This document shows, one piece after another, positions 42,888 to 54,841 of a stretch of 64,000 nucleotides of DNA. The stretch comes from Gammaproteobacteria bacterium (GTDB lineage: Bacteria; Pseudomonadota; Gammaproteobacteria; SZUA-140). Under the pieces are notes generated by a model, which was given only the letters and a program-made list of their open reading frames with translations, did no database searches and had not been told where the DNA came from. Where the stretch lies: NCBI GenBank assembly GCA_021648525.1, contig JAKISP010000002.1, positions 43,367 to 107,366 on the forward strand. The letters are read 5' to 3'. Each line of letters starts with the position of its first letter. The stretch's first letter is position 1. Both the position numbers and the translations under genes were made by a program.

Positions 42888-43130
42888 CTACGATAACTCA
42901 CCAATTTTCTCTAAACCGATCAGTTTATTATCTGCATCAAAGCACAGGCTAAAAACACCATTGACCCCATCATGCAATACAAAAGGCTGTAGACAGCTCG
43001 CCGGAAATTGCACTCGACGACCATCATGCGCATTCACAATGACCTGCTTTGCCTGACCCTTATAGTAATAAATATAATCTTCGGCAGAAATCCGAATCGC
43101 AAATTTAACCTGCTGAGCATTATCCACCAT
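42888..43130 (-). CDS. DUF2835-family protein
   Basis: YYKGQAKQV, DGRRVQFPA, PFVLHDGVNGVF. Confidence 0.8.
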   Translation of the reverse strand: MVDNAQQVKFAIRISAEDYIYYYKGQAKQVIVNAHDGRRVQFPASCLQPFVLHDGVNGVFSLCFDADNKLIGLEKIGELS

Positions 43131-43498
43131 GGCAAACCACAACCTCAATTACATAAGACAATATTCATCACTCCTCGCTATTTTCCTGCCACTTAAGCAG
43201 CACCGCACTCTTTTTTTCGATACAACTACCATTAATACTGCAACATCCCCCACATACAGCACACTCAAAATGTAACAATTTCTTCAAATATTAAAGGTAT
43301 CCTGGTTTTATCACTGAGCCTTTTCACCATAAATAATGATTTATTCCGAGATTAATAGCCTCAACCTTACTTTAACAACACCGTAACAAACCGTTGCGCT
43401 TTATTAGACACGTTGTTATTCTGCCTTCACCGATACGATACACGATCTTGTTTAACTGCATAGTTTAACGGCACACTTAAAAAACTGAGGAGACAAGC

Positions 43499-43888
43499 AT
43501 GGCTACTAAGAAAAAAGCGGCAACAAAGAAAAAGGCATCTACCAAAAAAGCAGTTGCTGCTACGCCTCGCGTAAAAGCGATCAAAGAGCCATTCACCCGC
43601 ACCGCTCTTTTTGGGCATCTATCTGAAAAGACTGGCCTGACCAAAAAGGAAGTTGCCTCCGTATTTGATGAATTAAAAACCGTCATTGAAGGGCACATCA
43701 AAAAGGGTTCTGCTCAGGTATTTACCCTGCCTGGCATCCTAAAAGTTAAAGTCAATCGCAAGCCCGCTACTCGCGCCCGCAAAGGCACCAACCCTTTCAC
43801 TGGCGAGGAGATGACTTTCAAGGCAAAACCAGCGCGCAATGTTGTTAAGGTTCAGCCGCTGAAGGCACTGAAAGATATGGCGTCGTAA
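43499..43888 (+). CDS. HU/IHF-family DNA-binding protein with K/A-rich N-terminal tail
   Basis: KTGLTKKEV, FTLPG, PATRARKGTNPFTGE, KAKPAR; SD gaggag. Confidence 0.92.
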   Translation: MATKKKAATKKKASTKKAVAATPRVKAIKEPFTRTALFGHLSEKTGLTKKEVASVFDELKTVIEGHIKKGSAQVFTLPGILKVKVNRKPATRARKGTNPFTGEEMTFKAKPARNVVKVQPLKALKDMAS

Positions 43889-43900
43889 ACACACCATCTC

Positions 43901-43930
43901 GCTGGGCGGTACCATGTACCTCCCAGCTTT
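43901..43930 (+). terminator. Intrinsic terminator
   Basis: gctgggcggtac-cat-gtacctcccagc followed by ttt. Confidence 0.6.
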
Positions 43931-43996
43931 CTCCTGCTTTACCCAAACCGCACTACCATTTCACATAGCTGGCATGAAAATTTCATAATCAGCCTT

Positions 43997-46195
43997 ATGT
44001 CCCGAATTATTCGAAAAGCTTATTTACCCAGTATCGTAGCGTGCCTGGTATTATCTATTGCATCAAACACTTGGGCTACCCCCCTTAATAACCCCGACAA
44101 TCCAACCGCGTCAATAATTGATCAGCAACGCGCCGATTTCGTGACAGCAGAGCAAGCATTACAGCGCGGTGCGATCACACAATTCAAAAAATTAACGCCT
44201 CAGCTGCAGGACTATCCACTCTATCCGTATCTACGCTATGAATATCTACGCACACGACTGCATAAACGACCAGCGGAAGAGATCAATACCTTTATCGATA
44301 CCTTTCATGATAGCCCGCTCAGCTCACGACTCCATTTTCGCTGGATCAAGAAGCTCGCACAAAATGGACGCTGGAAAGAGATTGAGCAATATTACCGGCC
44401 AGGCAATAATGTCACACTAGCCTGCTACTATCGCCGCGCCCTGCTCAAGAAAGGAGACCAGGAAGCGGCCTTCGATCGCCTTGAACAGTTATGGCTGGTA
44501 GGGCACTCACAGCCTCGCGCCTGCGATCCACTATTTACTGCATGGCACGACGCAGGCTTTATTGATGACACGCTCGCATGGCAGCGCATTCAACTCGCAA
44601 TGGGTAAACGCAAACTCACGCTGACCCGTTACTTGACCCGTTTTCTATCCAGAAAAGAACGCGTCTGGGCCAACAAATGGATTGAAGTACACCGCAAACC
44701 GTCACGCATTCTTTCGACAAAGTATTTTACCAGCGAACACCCAATGCGTAACACCATCATCGTACACGGCCTAACGCGCATGGCGCGCACCAATCCAGTC
44801 AAAACCGCTAGCGCATGGCAGACAACAATAAGCGCCCGCTACCCGTTCAGCGATGATGAAATTAGCCGTGTTGAGCGTGCCATAGGAATGGCTATGGCAC
44901 TGCGTAACAAACCTGAAGCGCTCAGCTGGCTTGCTGTGCTTGAAGAAAAACCAGCCGATCAATCACTACGCGAATGGCGTGTGCGTACCGCACTCAATCA
45001 GCAAAACTGGGATGCAGCACTGGCCTGGCTCTATCAATTAAACGACAATGAACAGCAAATGACACGCTGGCAATATTGGCGCGCACGCGCACTAGAGGCA
45101 CTCGGCCAGCAAGTAGAGGCCGAAGCAATCTACAATACCCTGGCGATGAGTCGCGGCTACTACAGCTTTCTTGCAGCCGACAAACTCGCCCGCCCTTACC
45201 GTCTCGAACATGCCGCCTTATTACAAAACGATGAACTCGCTACCAATATTGAACAACTTCCCGGTATTTTAAGGGCACGCGAACTGTTTATACTCAAACG
45301 CACGGTAGAAGCACGAAGAGAGTGGTTTCACGCGACCCAGCATATGAGTGAAAAACAGCTGCACCAGGCCGGGCAATTAGCCCATCGCTGGGGCTGGCAT
45401 GATCGCGCCATCCTGACCATTGCTCGCACTAAACATCGCGATGACCTGGATGTACGTTTTCCGCTTGTTCACCAAAACAAGATCATGCTCAAGGCCAGTG
45501 AAAATAACGTCGATGCCGCACTCGCCTTTGCCCTGATCCGCCAGGAGAGCGCCTTTACTTCCGACGCCCGCTCCAGCGCAGGGGCAATGGGATTAATGCA
45601 ACTGATGCCACGCACAGCCAAACAGCTGACGCGCGGCACCGGCATTCGCATTAAAAACCATATGCAACTGATCGACATTGATATCAACCTGAAGCTCGGT
45701 ATGAAACACCTGGGCAAAGTGATGAAACGCTTCAATAACAACCCAGTTCTCGCCCTCGCCGCCTACAATGCAGGCCAGGCCCGGGTAAAACGCTGGATTC
45801 CAGACAAACAACAGGTCGACGCAGACCTGTGGGCCGAAACCATTCCGTTTAAAGAGACGCGCAATTATATTCAGAACATCATGGTATTTACGCTTATCTA
45901 CGAGCAACATCTGGGGCGACCACTGACCCCTCTGGCACAGCGCATGATGCCTGTCGGCACTGCTCCGCCCGTTATCACACCGAAAATTGACGAAAATCTT
46001 CCCGCTCAATCTGCCACCAATAATGCAGATACCATTAAAATTTCTAACCCCATCCCCATCAAAAATAACACAACGACCCCGGCAACCAACGACCACCAGA
46101 CGCAATCGCATAAAAAAAATGATATAAGTGGTATCAAAATGATGCAATATAACAATACCATTACCCTTAGCCATTCAGAACAAGAGGGAATCTAG
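43997..46195 (+). CDS. slt: Soluble lytic transglycosylase (Slt70-like) with low-complexity C-terminal tail
   Basis: YPLYPYL, YWRARAL, RQESAF, GLMQLMP, AYNAG, ETIPFKETRNY. Confidence 0.93.
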   Translation: MSRIIRKAYLPSIVACLVLSIASNTWATPLNNPDNPTASIIDQQRADFVTAEQALQRGAITQFKKLTPQLQDYPLYPYLRYEYLRTRLHKRPAEEINTFIDTFHDSPLSSRLHFRWIKKLAQNGRWKEIEQYYRPGNNVTLACYYRRALLKKGDQEAAFDRLEQLWLVGHSQPRACDPLFTAWHDAGFIDDTLAWQRIQLAMGKRKLTLTRYLTRFLSRKERVWANKWIEVHRKPSRILSTKYFTSEHPMRNTIIVHGLTRMARTNPVKTASAWQTTISARYPFSDDEISRVERAIGMAMALRNKPEALSWLAVLEEKPADQSLREWRVRTALNQQNWDAALAWLYQLNDNEQQMTRWQYWRARALEALGQQVEAEAIYNTLAMSRGYYSFLAADKLARPYRLEHAALLQNDELATNIEQLPGILRARELFILKRTVEARREWFHATQHMSEKQLHQAGQLAHRWGWHDRAILTIARTKHRDDLDVRFPLVHQNKIMLKASENNVDAALAFALIRQESAFTSDARSSAGAMGLMQLMPRTAKQLTRGTGIRIKNHMQLIDIDINLKLGMKHLGKVMKRFNNNPVLALAAYNAGQARVKRWIPDKQQVDADLWAETIPFKETRNYIQNIMVFTLIYEQHLGRPLTPLAQRMMPVGTAPPVITPKIDENLPAQSATNNADTIKISNPIPIKNNTTTPATNDHQTQSHKKNDISGIKMMQYNNTITLSHSEQEGI

Positions 46196-46232
46196 CAACG
46201 CGGCCTCATACGGTAACGTTGTACCACCAGTC

Positions 46233-47720
46233 ATGCACATACCAGCACCCAGCCTTTCTACACCCGAGATACTCCCCGACCCAACATCGGCATCACTCAC
46301 TCGCCCCACGCGTGTGATTGCCATCAGTAGCGGCAAAGGTGGCGTCGGTAAAACCAGCGTTAGCACCAACCTCGGCATCGCACTCGCCAAACTAGGGGCA
46401 AAGGTCTGCATCCTGGATGCAGATACGGGCCTCGCCAATATCAATATCCTGCTAAACCTAAGACCAGAGTTCACCATTGAGCACCTGCTAAACGGTGAAA
46501 AAAATATCGATGAAATCATGCTCGATGGCCCTGATGGTATCAAGGTCGTACCAGCTGCATCTGGTATCTCAGAGTGCGCAGAGCTCAACCAGGAGCAATA
46601 TCACGTATTATCAAAGGCACTATCACAGTTAGAATCTCGTTTCGACTACCTGCTAATAGATACCGCAGCAGGTATCGGGGAAACAGTATTAGCGTTTCTC
46701 GCCTCAGCACAATACTGCGTCCTGGTGGTCACACCTGAACCGACCTCACTCACTGATGCCTTTTCACTCATACGCGTGATGAAACGTAAACAACTCAAAC
46801 AGCCGATCTACACCATTGTGAATCGTGCCGCTAGCCCACAAAAGGCAAATGAAATATTCCATCGTTTTTCCGCCGCGACTAAAAAATATCTGCAGACATG
46901 TATTGGCTACATGGGCAGTATTGCGGAAGATCCCATGATTAGCAGTGCGGTTTACCTCCAAACCCCCATCATCATTGCACAACCTCAAAGCCCGGCAAGT
47001 CAGTGTATTCAAGCACTTGCCATACGCATAGACAACAAACTTATCGCCAGTAAAAAACCACACCATTTCAGCAAATACTGGCACGACAAGCGCCAGCCTG
47101 GCAGTGATGCGAGTGATATTTCTGCGCCTAAAATTGCACCTGACACCGCTTCCAGCACAGCACTCTCTGGTGATTATCTATCAGTCGCCATCCTCTCCTA
47201 TCTACAATACCCCGAAACCAGCAAGGGCGAAGCTAAACAGCTACTGCAGCCACTTATCGATGCTGGGCTTGAGCGCTTTGGCGCAGCTGTATTTAACCTG
47301 CCTGCAGCAGCTGAGCCTGCAAAGACAACAACCTCGGCACAAATACCAACGGCAGGGACTGCATCAAACATCTCTCGCCTGGTATCTGACATTGAAGAAC
47401 CCGAAGCAACGCAAATCATTCAACAACTTGTTTCCCGCCACAAGCGATTATTCAATAAATCACCGCTCGATCTTGAAGACACATTCACCGAAATCCTGTG
47501 CCAAACAGAAATGAACGAAACACAATGCTCTGCCATGCTTGAAACCTTACGGCAATATTATCGTGAGCACTTTGGTGATTATGAGCAGGATGAAAAAACA
47601 AAACTCATCGAAACATTTGCTGAGTTTTCACAGCAGATTCAACAACGAGAAAAGCAACTCGATAACGATCTACAGCGGCTCTCAGACATCGTGAAGAAAT
47701 TCAGCGACGCCCATATGTAA
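46233..47720 (+). CDS. MinD/FlhG-like ATPase with a C-terminal extension of about 210 aa
   Basis: SGKGGVGKT, DADTGLAN, PAASG, DTAAG, TPEPTSLTDA. Confidence 0.85.
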   Translation: MHIPAPSLSTPEILPDPTSASLTRPTRVIAISSGKGGVGKTSVSTNLGIALAKLGAKVCILDADTGLANINILLNLRPEFTIEHLLNGEKNIDEIMLDGPDGIKVVPAASGISECAELNQEQYHVLSKALSQLESRFDYLLIDTAAGIGETVLAFLASAQYCVLVVTPEPTSLTDAFSLIRVMKRKQLKQPIYTIVNRAASPQKANEIFHRFSAATKKYLQTCIGYMGSIAEDPMISSAVYLQTPIIIAQPQSPASQCIQALAIRIDNKLIASKKPHHFSKYWHDKRQPGSDASDISAPKIAPDTASSTALSGDYLSVAILSYLQYPETSKGEAKQLLQPLIDAGLERFGAAVFNLPAAAEPAKTTTSAQIPTAGTASNISRLVSDIEEPEATQIIQQLVSRHKRLFNKSPLDLEDTFTEILCQTEMNETQCSAMLETLRQYYREHFGDYEQDEKTKLIETFAEFSQQIQQREKQLDNDLQRLSDIVKKFSDAHM

Positions 47721-47820
47721 TCAAATCATACAATGACTCGAATATCCGCGCTCAATGAGATTAAGAGACAACAGTTTGACATTGATCAATGCGCGTCAAT
47801 TCAGAACAATAGTTTTTCCA

Positions 47821-49611
47821 TCACTCATCCACCTGCGGTGGCGCGACTCTAAAGACCTCATCCAACGAGGTAATCCCCCTCGCCACCTTCTGCAGGCCAC
47901 TAATCCGCAACGGCCGCATTCCCTCTTTTTGCGCCTGCTGCCGAACCTGTGCAATATCAACCTTCTGATGACGCAACTGCTCCCGCAGGCCACTCGACAA
48001 CGTCATCATCTCATAGATGCCCACACGCCCCGCATACCCTGTTTGACGACATTCCAGACAACCATTGGCCGCCATGATTTTCTCTGGCACCGCGCTCTTC
48101 CACGGCTGACTCAACGCCTGCCACAACGCTTTGTCAGGTGTCGTTGGCTGTTTACAATGTGGGCATAACGTCCTTACCAAGCGCTGCGCCACCACGCCAA
48201 TCACCGAGGCGCTAATCATGTATTGTGGCACTCCAATCTCCAGCAGCCGCGTAATCGCCAGCACAGCATCATTGGTATGCAGCGTCGATATCACCAGGTG
48301 ACCGGTTAACGCCGCCTGTATCGCTACCTCGGCTGTTTCACGGTCACGTATCTCACCCACCATAATAATGTCTGGGTCCTGCCGTAACAGTGCACGCACA
48401 CCATCAGCAAAAGCGAGGTCAATATTGTGCTGCACCTGCATCTGATTAAAATCAGGCACCACCATCTCAATCGGGTCTTCAATGGTACAGATATTCAACT
48501 CCGGCCTGGCGAGGTGCTTCAACGTCGAATACAGCGTAGTGGTTTTACCCGAGCCTGTTGGCCCTGTCACCAGGATAATACCATGTGGCTTGTCGATCAT
48601 CCCTTTCCACTGTGCTGATTCTGCCTGGCCAAAACCAAGGTCAGAAAAATTCTTCACCAGAATATCCGGATCAAAAATACGCATCACCATCTTCTCACCA
48701 AAGGCAGTCGGCATGGTTGAGAGGCGCAGCTCCACCTCTTTGCCATTCGGTGTTCTGGTTTTTAAGCGACCATCAAGCGGACGTCGTTTTTCAGCCAGAT
48801 CCATCCGGCCCAAAATCTTGATTCGGCTAACCACTGCTGCCATCACCGTCGCAGGTAACTCATACACCTGATTCAACATGCCATCAATACGAAAACGGAT
48901 ATTTCCCTGCTCACGCCGCGGTTCTAAATGGATATCACTCGCTCGCTGATCAAAGGCGTACTGCAGTAACCAATCGACGATATTAACCACATGCTGGTCA
49001 TTCGCATCCAGGCTACCTGCCTTGCCCATTTCCAGCATCTGTTCAAGATTATTAATTTCACTGGGCACCTCACCATGCTGGTCGTCATTAGCCCCCACCA
49101 CTGATTTAGAGATGGCATAAAATTCAACACGAAAACGCTCGATATCAGCAGGACTGGTGATCTCTAACCTGATCTCTTTATTCAGGACATGCTCAAGCTC
49201 TTTCATCCACGCGATCTGATAGGGTTCTGCTGTCGCGATCACCACATGAGACACCCCCATTTCAATCGGCAGGAGCTTATTTCGTTCTGCATAGCTATAT
49301 GAAACAACCGCAGCAATACGAGCAACATCGACCGTTAAGGGGTCAATACGACGATAGGGAATAGATAATTTTTCAGCCAGCCACTGACTCAGAAAGTCCT
49401 GATTTAACGCTTGAGGTGGCTCCGTAGCAGCCATTAAATTATGACTCGCTACAATCGCAAACGGATGCTGCTCACCCGTATCGCGAAAGCGCGCCTTAAG
49501 CATCAACATCTCATGCTGCTCTTTATCAATCAAACCCTCGGCGCGTAATTGATCGCTAATTTCATCAAGCCTGATACGGCGTGATTCGCCCGTCACACCC
49601 ACTTGTGACAC
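47821..49611 (-). CDS. GspE/PilB-family secretion or pilus ATPase
   Basis: ASDIHLEP, RFRIDG, GPTGSGKTTTLY, TIEDPIE, LRQDPDIIMVGEIRD, CPHC/CLEC Zn motif. Confidence 0.93.
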   Translation of the reverse strand: MSQVGVTGESRRIRLDEISDQLRAEGLIDKEQHEMLMLKARFRDTGEQHPFAIVASHNLMAATEPPQALNQDFLSQWLAEKLSIPYRRIDPLTVDVARIAAVVSYSYAERNKLLPIEMGVSHVVIATAEPYQIAWMKELEHVLNKEIRLEITSPADIERFRVEFYAISKSVVGANDDQHGEVPSEINNLEQMLEMGKAGSLDANDQHVVNIVDWLLQYAFDQRASDIHLEPRREQGNIRFRIDGMLNQVYELPATVMAAVVSRIKILGRMDLAEKRRPLDGRLKTRTPNGKEVELRLSTMPTAFGEKMVMRIFDPDILVKNFSDLGFGQAESAQWKGMIDKPHGIILVTGPTGSGKTTTLYSTLKHLARPELNICTIEDPIEMVVPDFNQMQVQHNIDLAFADGVRALLRQDPDIIMVGEIRDRETAEVAIQAALTGHLVISTLHTNDAVLAITRLLEIGVPQYMISASVIGVVAQRLVRTLCPHCKQPTTPDKALWQALSQPWKSAVPEKIMAANGCLECRQTGYAGRVGIYEMMTLSSGLREQLRHQKVDIAQVRQQAQKEGMRPLRISGLQKVARGITSLDEVFRVAPPQVDE

Positions 49612-50158
49612 CCCATCTCCATTTACTTACCTCCGCCCCTAAAGATTCGATTTTGTCGTTTATTCACCATTAGAAATCACAATAAAAACAGCAAGCCACA
49701 CCATAGTAACGGCAGCGTTCACTCCAATGCCAGCTCATTATAGGTATATATTCCAGCAACAATTGCACCGCGAAGCATTCGCAGCAGCAGAATCACCATA
49801 TAGCCTACCGCAAGCCGACCAACGATAAAGCCGGTTCACCGCCACTTAATCAATGTAAAGAAAAATGAAAACACTCCGATAAAATAATTATGAGGCCTCG
49901 AAACTATCAATAAACCCAGCCCAATAGCAACGAAAATCAATCACAAACCAGCCACACAGACGCTAGTGATTTAGCCGCATATAACAAGGTGATGAATGGA
50001 ATTCTCACCCAAAATACTAAAAGGAATCAGGGATGAAAAACCGTCAAAAATATCACGCCCTGTTCAGCACCCAGGCCACATCACCACGCCTTATAGTCAA
50101 CACAGATAGCAATGCTCGTCAGCACACCCTGTTTTCACCAGCAGGGAAATGACAATCC

Positions 50159-53100
50159 GTGAATACAACCTCAGAAAATGCTATTCCAGCGCGCGGTAAA
50201 TCACGAGATTCGCTCGCTCGTAGTTTATTTTTATGGTTTTTACTACTCTCACTTCTGCCAATGACACTAACCGCATGGGTAGGCTACCGCCAGGCAAGTG
50301 ATGGCCTGCATGAATCTGTCTCACAAAAACTTGAACAAGATGCCCGTGAAAGTGCCAGATTTGTCCGTAGCTGGTTTGACTACCGCTTCATGGACATCAA
50401 CAGCCAGGCTGGAAGTCAACGTAATGCCGATTTTCTAATCGCCTTAAAAAAATCGTATGAAGCCAGCCACAGCAGTCTGGCAGAATTCACCAAAAGCGAA
50501 CGCTGGCTGAGGCTAGTAAAGCGCAACCAAAAAGATTTGATTAGCTTTTCACGTCAGTATGACTACATCTACAACCTGTTTTTAATTGATACAGATGGCA
50601 ACATCCTATTCACTATCGCCAACGAATCAAACCTGGGCAGCAATCTCTTTAGCGGTCCCGATGCCACAACACACTTTGCCAACAGCGCCAGAAAAACGTT
50701 AGAGAATAGTCAAACACTATTTTCAGACCTTGAGCCATATTCACCATCTAATAATAAAATAACTGGCTTCATTACCGCACCAATATTAAATCCCGAGGGA
50801 GAAAAGGCTGGATTATTTGCAATTCAAATACAACATGAGCGCATCACTCAGCTGATACATAACAACGTCAATAACAAATCCCTGATTCATTACATCATCG
50901 GCCATGATGGAAAGTTACGAACACCACTTAATCATAAAAATGAAGGTGACGTATTAAATCGTCAGATTAATTCAAAACAGTTCATGCTCTGGAAAAAAGA
51001 GCATGCCAGCAATAATACGACTAACGATAATGGGGTTGAAGTCGCCTTCAATTACACCGGCCCAAATGGACAAGAGGTTATTGGCGTACACCAGACGATA
51101 CAGTTACCGGGGATAAACTGGGCACTCATCAGTGAAATTAATAGCGATGATGCGCTCGCACCAGCACACAGATTAAAGCAGATCGTGCTGTTGATATTTT
51201 TAATCACCAGCATTCTGGTCGCTGGCCTCGCTATTTTCCAGGCAAGACGAATCACCCGACCTATCACACAACTGGTTGAAGCCAGCAAGGCAATTGCGGC
51301 GGGGAAAACCGGCCAACAAGTCGAGGTCAAAGCAAACAATGAGATTGGCATCCTTGCAGATGCATTTAATCACATGAATTCAGCACGGCTAGAACAAGAA
51401 CTAATGATGGAACAGAGCAGCCTGGAAATTCAGGAGGCACTTATTGACCTGGAAGAACAGCGTTTTGCACTCGATCAACATGCAATTGTCGCTATTACTG
51501 ATGCAGCAGGCACGATTCATTTTGTAAATGACAAGTTTACTGAGATCACTGGTTATAGTCGAAAAGAACTACTCGGCCAAAACCATCGCATACTTAATTC
51601 GGGTCATCACGAAAAGAATTTTTTTAAAGCGATGTACCATATGATTTCATCGGGAAAAGTCTGGAATGGTGAGATATGCAATAAATCAAAAAGTGGTCGC
51701 CTCTATTGGGTCGATACCACTATCGTTCCCTTTCTTGACGATGATGGCGAACCAGAGAGCTACATTGCGATCCGCACAGATATCACAGAACGAAAATTTG
51801 CTGAAAACAAACTAAAGAAAAATGAACATAGCCTTGCCCTCGCTCAACAAATGGCTCATATGGGAAGCTGGGAACTCGACATTAAAAAAAATGAGTTAAC
51901 CTGGTCAAATGAAGCATATCGAATATTTGATGTTGACCAAAATAACACCAGTGCATCATATGAAATTCTCATGAATGTGATTCACCCAGATGATAGAGAA
52001 ATGGTAAACAAGACCTACGAAAATTCCATCAAAAAACACGAGCCATATAACATCGAACACCGCTTGCTAATGAGTGACGGCATCATTAAATACGTCAATG
52101 AACGCTGCGAAATCACTTACGACAAACGAGGCAATGCAACGCTATCAATCGGCACAATATTAGACATCACTGATCGCAAACATGCTGAATTTGCACTGCT
52201 GGAAGCAAAAGAGGCTGCTGAATCTGCCACACAGCAGAAATCAGAGTTTCTGGCTAACATGAGTCACGAGATACGCACACCGATGAACGGTATTATCGGC
52301 ATGTCAGGCCTGTTATTAGATACTAACCTTACTTCAAAACAACGTAGTTACGCCAAAGCAACCATGAGCTCTGCCGATGCTTTACTGACCATCATCAATG
52401 ACATTCTGGATTTTTCAAAAATCGAAGCAGGAAAAATGGAACTTGAAGAAGTTCCATTTGACCTTCAATCATTAACCGAGGATGTTTCTGAATTAATGGC
52501 ATTAAAGTGCCGAGAAAAAAATATTGTAATGCTGCTCCGATACAAACCTGATACAAAACGATTTGTCATTGGTGACCCTGGTCGGGTACGTCAAATTTTA
52601 TTAAATTTGCTTAGTAACGCAGTTAAATTCACCCAACAGGGGAATATTTTACTCACGGTAGAGTCAGCGAGCGATAACCAGTCAAATAGCAATATTGCCA
52701 TATTCAAGATATCAGTAAAAGACTCAGGCATCGGGATAGCAGAAGAAAAGCTATCACGTGTCTTTAATAAATTTGATCAGGAAGATAGCTCTACCACACG
52801 TAAATATGGCGGCACGGGGCTTGGGCTTGCGATATGCCAACAGCTCTGCTCTTTGATGCATGGTGACATCAAGGTTGAAAGTCAAAAAGGCAGCGGCTCA
52901 ACCTTCAGCTTCACTATTAAATTAACGATAAACTCTGAACCATCCAGAGAGCAGCTCACCATAAAAAACTTCGACCATTTAAAAGGGCTCAAAATACTTA
53001 TTGTTGATGATTGTCCAACAGCACGAATAATATTTGAAGAGCAGGTCTCGACATTAGAGATGAGAGAGGTTGTCAGTACCATTGGTGGTGACATGGCAAT

Positions 53101-54250
53101 TAATGCACTCCAACAAGGCATCCGTAACAACGATCCCTTTGATATCGCAATCATCGATTATAAAATGCCAGATATGGATGGCGAAGAGCTTGTCGCTGAA
53201 ATATCAAAACAAAAATTACTCGACAATGGAGCCATTTTATTTGTCACATCATTCCCTGGAAAAGGGGGGCTCAGGAATTTACAATCACCAGGACTGGGTG
53301 GCTATTTAGAAAAGCCGACTCACCCATCTGAGGTGCCATTAGTACTCTCATTAATCTGGAGTGCAAAACAGTCCGGGAGTGAAATACCACTGGTCACACG
53401 ACATACAATCCAGGAGTCAATTTCGGGGCCACGTCAAAAACTGATGCTATCCAATGCACAAATACTGCTTGCTGAAGACAACCCTGTCAACATTAATGTC
53501 GCCACAGAAATGCTCGAAGGGTATGGCTGCACAGTCACTCCAGCTGGCAACGGACTAGAGGCCCTGGCTTTAACCAGGCTTCGTGATTTTGATTTAATCT
53601 TTATGGATTGCCTGATGCCTGAAATGGATGGTTTTGAAGCCACCGCAGAAATTCGAAAACTACAGGAAAAAGAGCCAGAGCAGGAATACCCGCCTATTAT
53701 CGCGTTCACCGCCAACGCAATGAAATCTGACCGAGAGAAATGCTTAAGTGCAGGAATGGATGACTACATATCAAAACCTGTTAGTCAGGCGTCACTTGAA
53801 AAGATCTTGATTAAGTGGCTAGAGCACAAAATGGAGCTGGTTGATGACAACAGCGACGAAAGCCTGACCGAGCCTGCCAACAAACCTCCTGAACCATCAG
53901 GAGTACTGGATTTTGAACCCTTCAACCAACTTAGAAAAATGTTCGGCGATCGCTTCCCAGACACAATTGAACAGCACACCCAAAATGCACTCGACAATAT
54001 CAAGCGAGTCGAAAGCGCAATCCATCAAGGAGACCTGGGGTTATTAGAACACGCAGCACATTCAATTAAAGGGGCCAGCGGGCAGTTTGGTGCTAAACAG
54101 CTCAGTGAAATCTCACTCAAAATGGAATCAATTGCCAAAGAAGGCGATCTTAAGCAGGCCAAAGCACTCTTCAACGAACTCCAGATCGCGCAACAAGAAG
54201 CCGCTAAAGTCATGCTGCAGCAGATCGAAGCACCAGTAACAGAGGCTTAA
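50159..54250 (+). CDS. Hybrid sensor kinase (TM-Cache-like-TM-HAMP-PAS-PAS-HisKA-HATPase-REC-REC-HPt)
   Basis: [32 protein letters not shown], two D-x-x-MP receiver motifs, AHSIKGAS HPt. Confidence 0.95.
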   Translation: MNTTSENAIPARGKSRDSLARSLFLWFLLLSLLPMTLTAWVGYRQASDGLHESVSQKLEQDARESARFVRSWFDYRFMDINSQAGSQRNADFLIALKKSYEASHSSLAEFTKSERWLRLVKRNQKDLISFSRQYDYIYNLFLIDTDGNILFTIANESNLGSNLFSGPDATTHFANSARKTLENSQTLFSDLEPYSPSNNKITGFITAPILNPEGEKAGLFAIQIQHERITQLIHNNVNNKSLIHYIIGHDGKLRTPLNHKNEGDVLNRQINSKQFMLWKKEHASNNTTNDNGVEVAFNYTGPNGQEVIGVHQTIQLPGINWALISEINSDDALAPAHRLKQIVLLIFLITSILVAGLAIFQARRITRPITQLVEASKAIAAGKTGQQVEVKANNEIGILADAFNHMNSARLEQELMMEQSSLEIQEALIDLEEQRFALDQHAIVAITDAAGTIHFVNDKFTEITGYSRKELLGQNHRILNSGHHEKNFFKAMYHMISSGKVWNGEICNKSKSGRLYWVDTTIVPFLDDDGEPESYIAIRTDITERKFAENKLKKNEHSLALAQQMAHMGSWELDIKKNELTWSNEAYRIFDVDQNNTSASYEILMNVIHPDDREMVNKTYENSIKKHEPYNIEHRLLMSDGIIKYVNERCEITYDKRGNATLSIGTILDITDRKHAEFALLEAKEAAESATQQKSEFLANMSHEIRTPMNGIIGMSGLLLDTNLTSKQRSYAKATMSSADALLTIINDILDFSKIEAGKMELEEVPFDLQSLTEDVSELMALKCREKNIVMLLRYKPDTKRFVIGDPGRVRQILLNLLSNAVKFTQQGNILLTVESASDNQSNSNIAIFKISVKDSGIGIAEEKLSRVFNKFDQEDSSTTRKYGGTGLGLAICQQLCSLMHGDIKVESQKGSGSTFSFTIKLTINSEPSREQLTIKNFDHLKGLKILIVDDCPTARIIFEEQVSTLEMREVVSTIGGDMAINALQQGIRNNDPFDIAIIDYKMPDMDGEELVAEISKQKLLDNGAILFVTSFPGKGGLRNLQSPGLGGYLEKPTHPSEVPLVLSLIWSAKQSGSEIPLVTRHTIQESISGPRQKLMLSNAQILLAEDNPVNINVATEMLEGYGCTVTPAGNGLEALALTRLRDFDLIFMDCLMPEMDGFEATAEIRKLQEKEPEQEYPPIIAFTANAMKSDREKCLSAGMDDYISKPVSQASLEKILIKWLEHKMELVDDNSDESLTEPANKPPEPSGVLDFEPFNQLRKMFGDRFPDTIEQHTQNALDNIKRVESAIHQGDLGLLEHAAHSIKGASGQFGAKQLSEISLKMESIAKEGDLKQAKALFNELQIAQQEAAKVMLQQIEAPVTEA

Positions 54251-54260
54251 TTAATACACG

Positions 54261-54767
54261 CTAACGATCACCAGAAATGCCTAACCAAACCTTTTTAAAC
54301 TGATTGATACCCTTATCCCAAAACCATACTGCAATCGCATCATCAAAGCGATTTTGATAAATCGCGGCTTTCTTCAGTTCGAGCACCTCAGGCTCCTCCG
54401 GCCCACACACCCAATAACCGAGTGCACAGGCAGTTTTATAACGACCGGGCGCCGCCAGCTTAATGCGCATTTTCAACCCGGCATCCGCGTACTCCTCACC
54501 CCACTCAACTCGGTCAAGCACCTGCCACTCATACCCAGTCGCTGTCGAGACATATACAACTAAACCTTCCCCCGGATAGTTAATGCTCTTTAACAAAAAG
54601 GCATGATCAAGCTTACCATCCTGATTAAAGTCACTCTCAATCCTTGTCTGATTTAATGGCGACTCAACGGCCATCTCCTTTTCTGTAGGCAGACGCCAGT
54701 CGGCAGGGAACGCCAATGCCAATGCCTCAAATGAAAACAACATTAATATAAGACCAGTAATCCGCAT
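54261..54767 (-). CDS. Hypothetical secreted protein
   Basis: Signal peptide MRITGLILMLFSFEALA; DFNQDGKLD Ca-loop-like motif; Cys pair. Confidence 0.7.
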   Translation of the reverse strand: MRITGLILMLFSFEALALAFPADWRLPTEKEMAVESPLNQTRIESDFNQDGKLDHAFLLKSINYPGEGLVVYVSTATGYEWQVLDRVEWGEEYADAGLKMRIKLAAPGRYKTACALGYWVCGPEEPEVLELKKAAIYQNRFDDAIAVWFWDKGINQFKKVWLGISGDR

Positions 54768-54841
54768 AGCTATCTCTTTGATGACGTACGTTGCTCTCTG
54801 ATTGATTTGGCAAAGCACCCGCTTATTATCGACAATCTCGT

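Noticed and set aside
45960-46195. Extra domain at the Slt C-terminus
   Set aside because: Low-complexity P/T/N-rich tail with no SPOR or LysM signature; likely a disordered extension
50150-50152. Selenocysteine readthrough into the hybrid kinase
   Set aside because: No evident SECIS hairpin after the TGA and no redox-motif context
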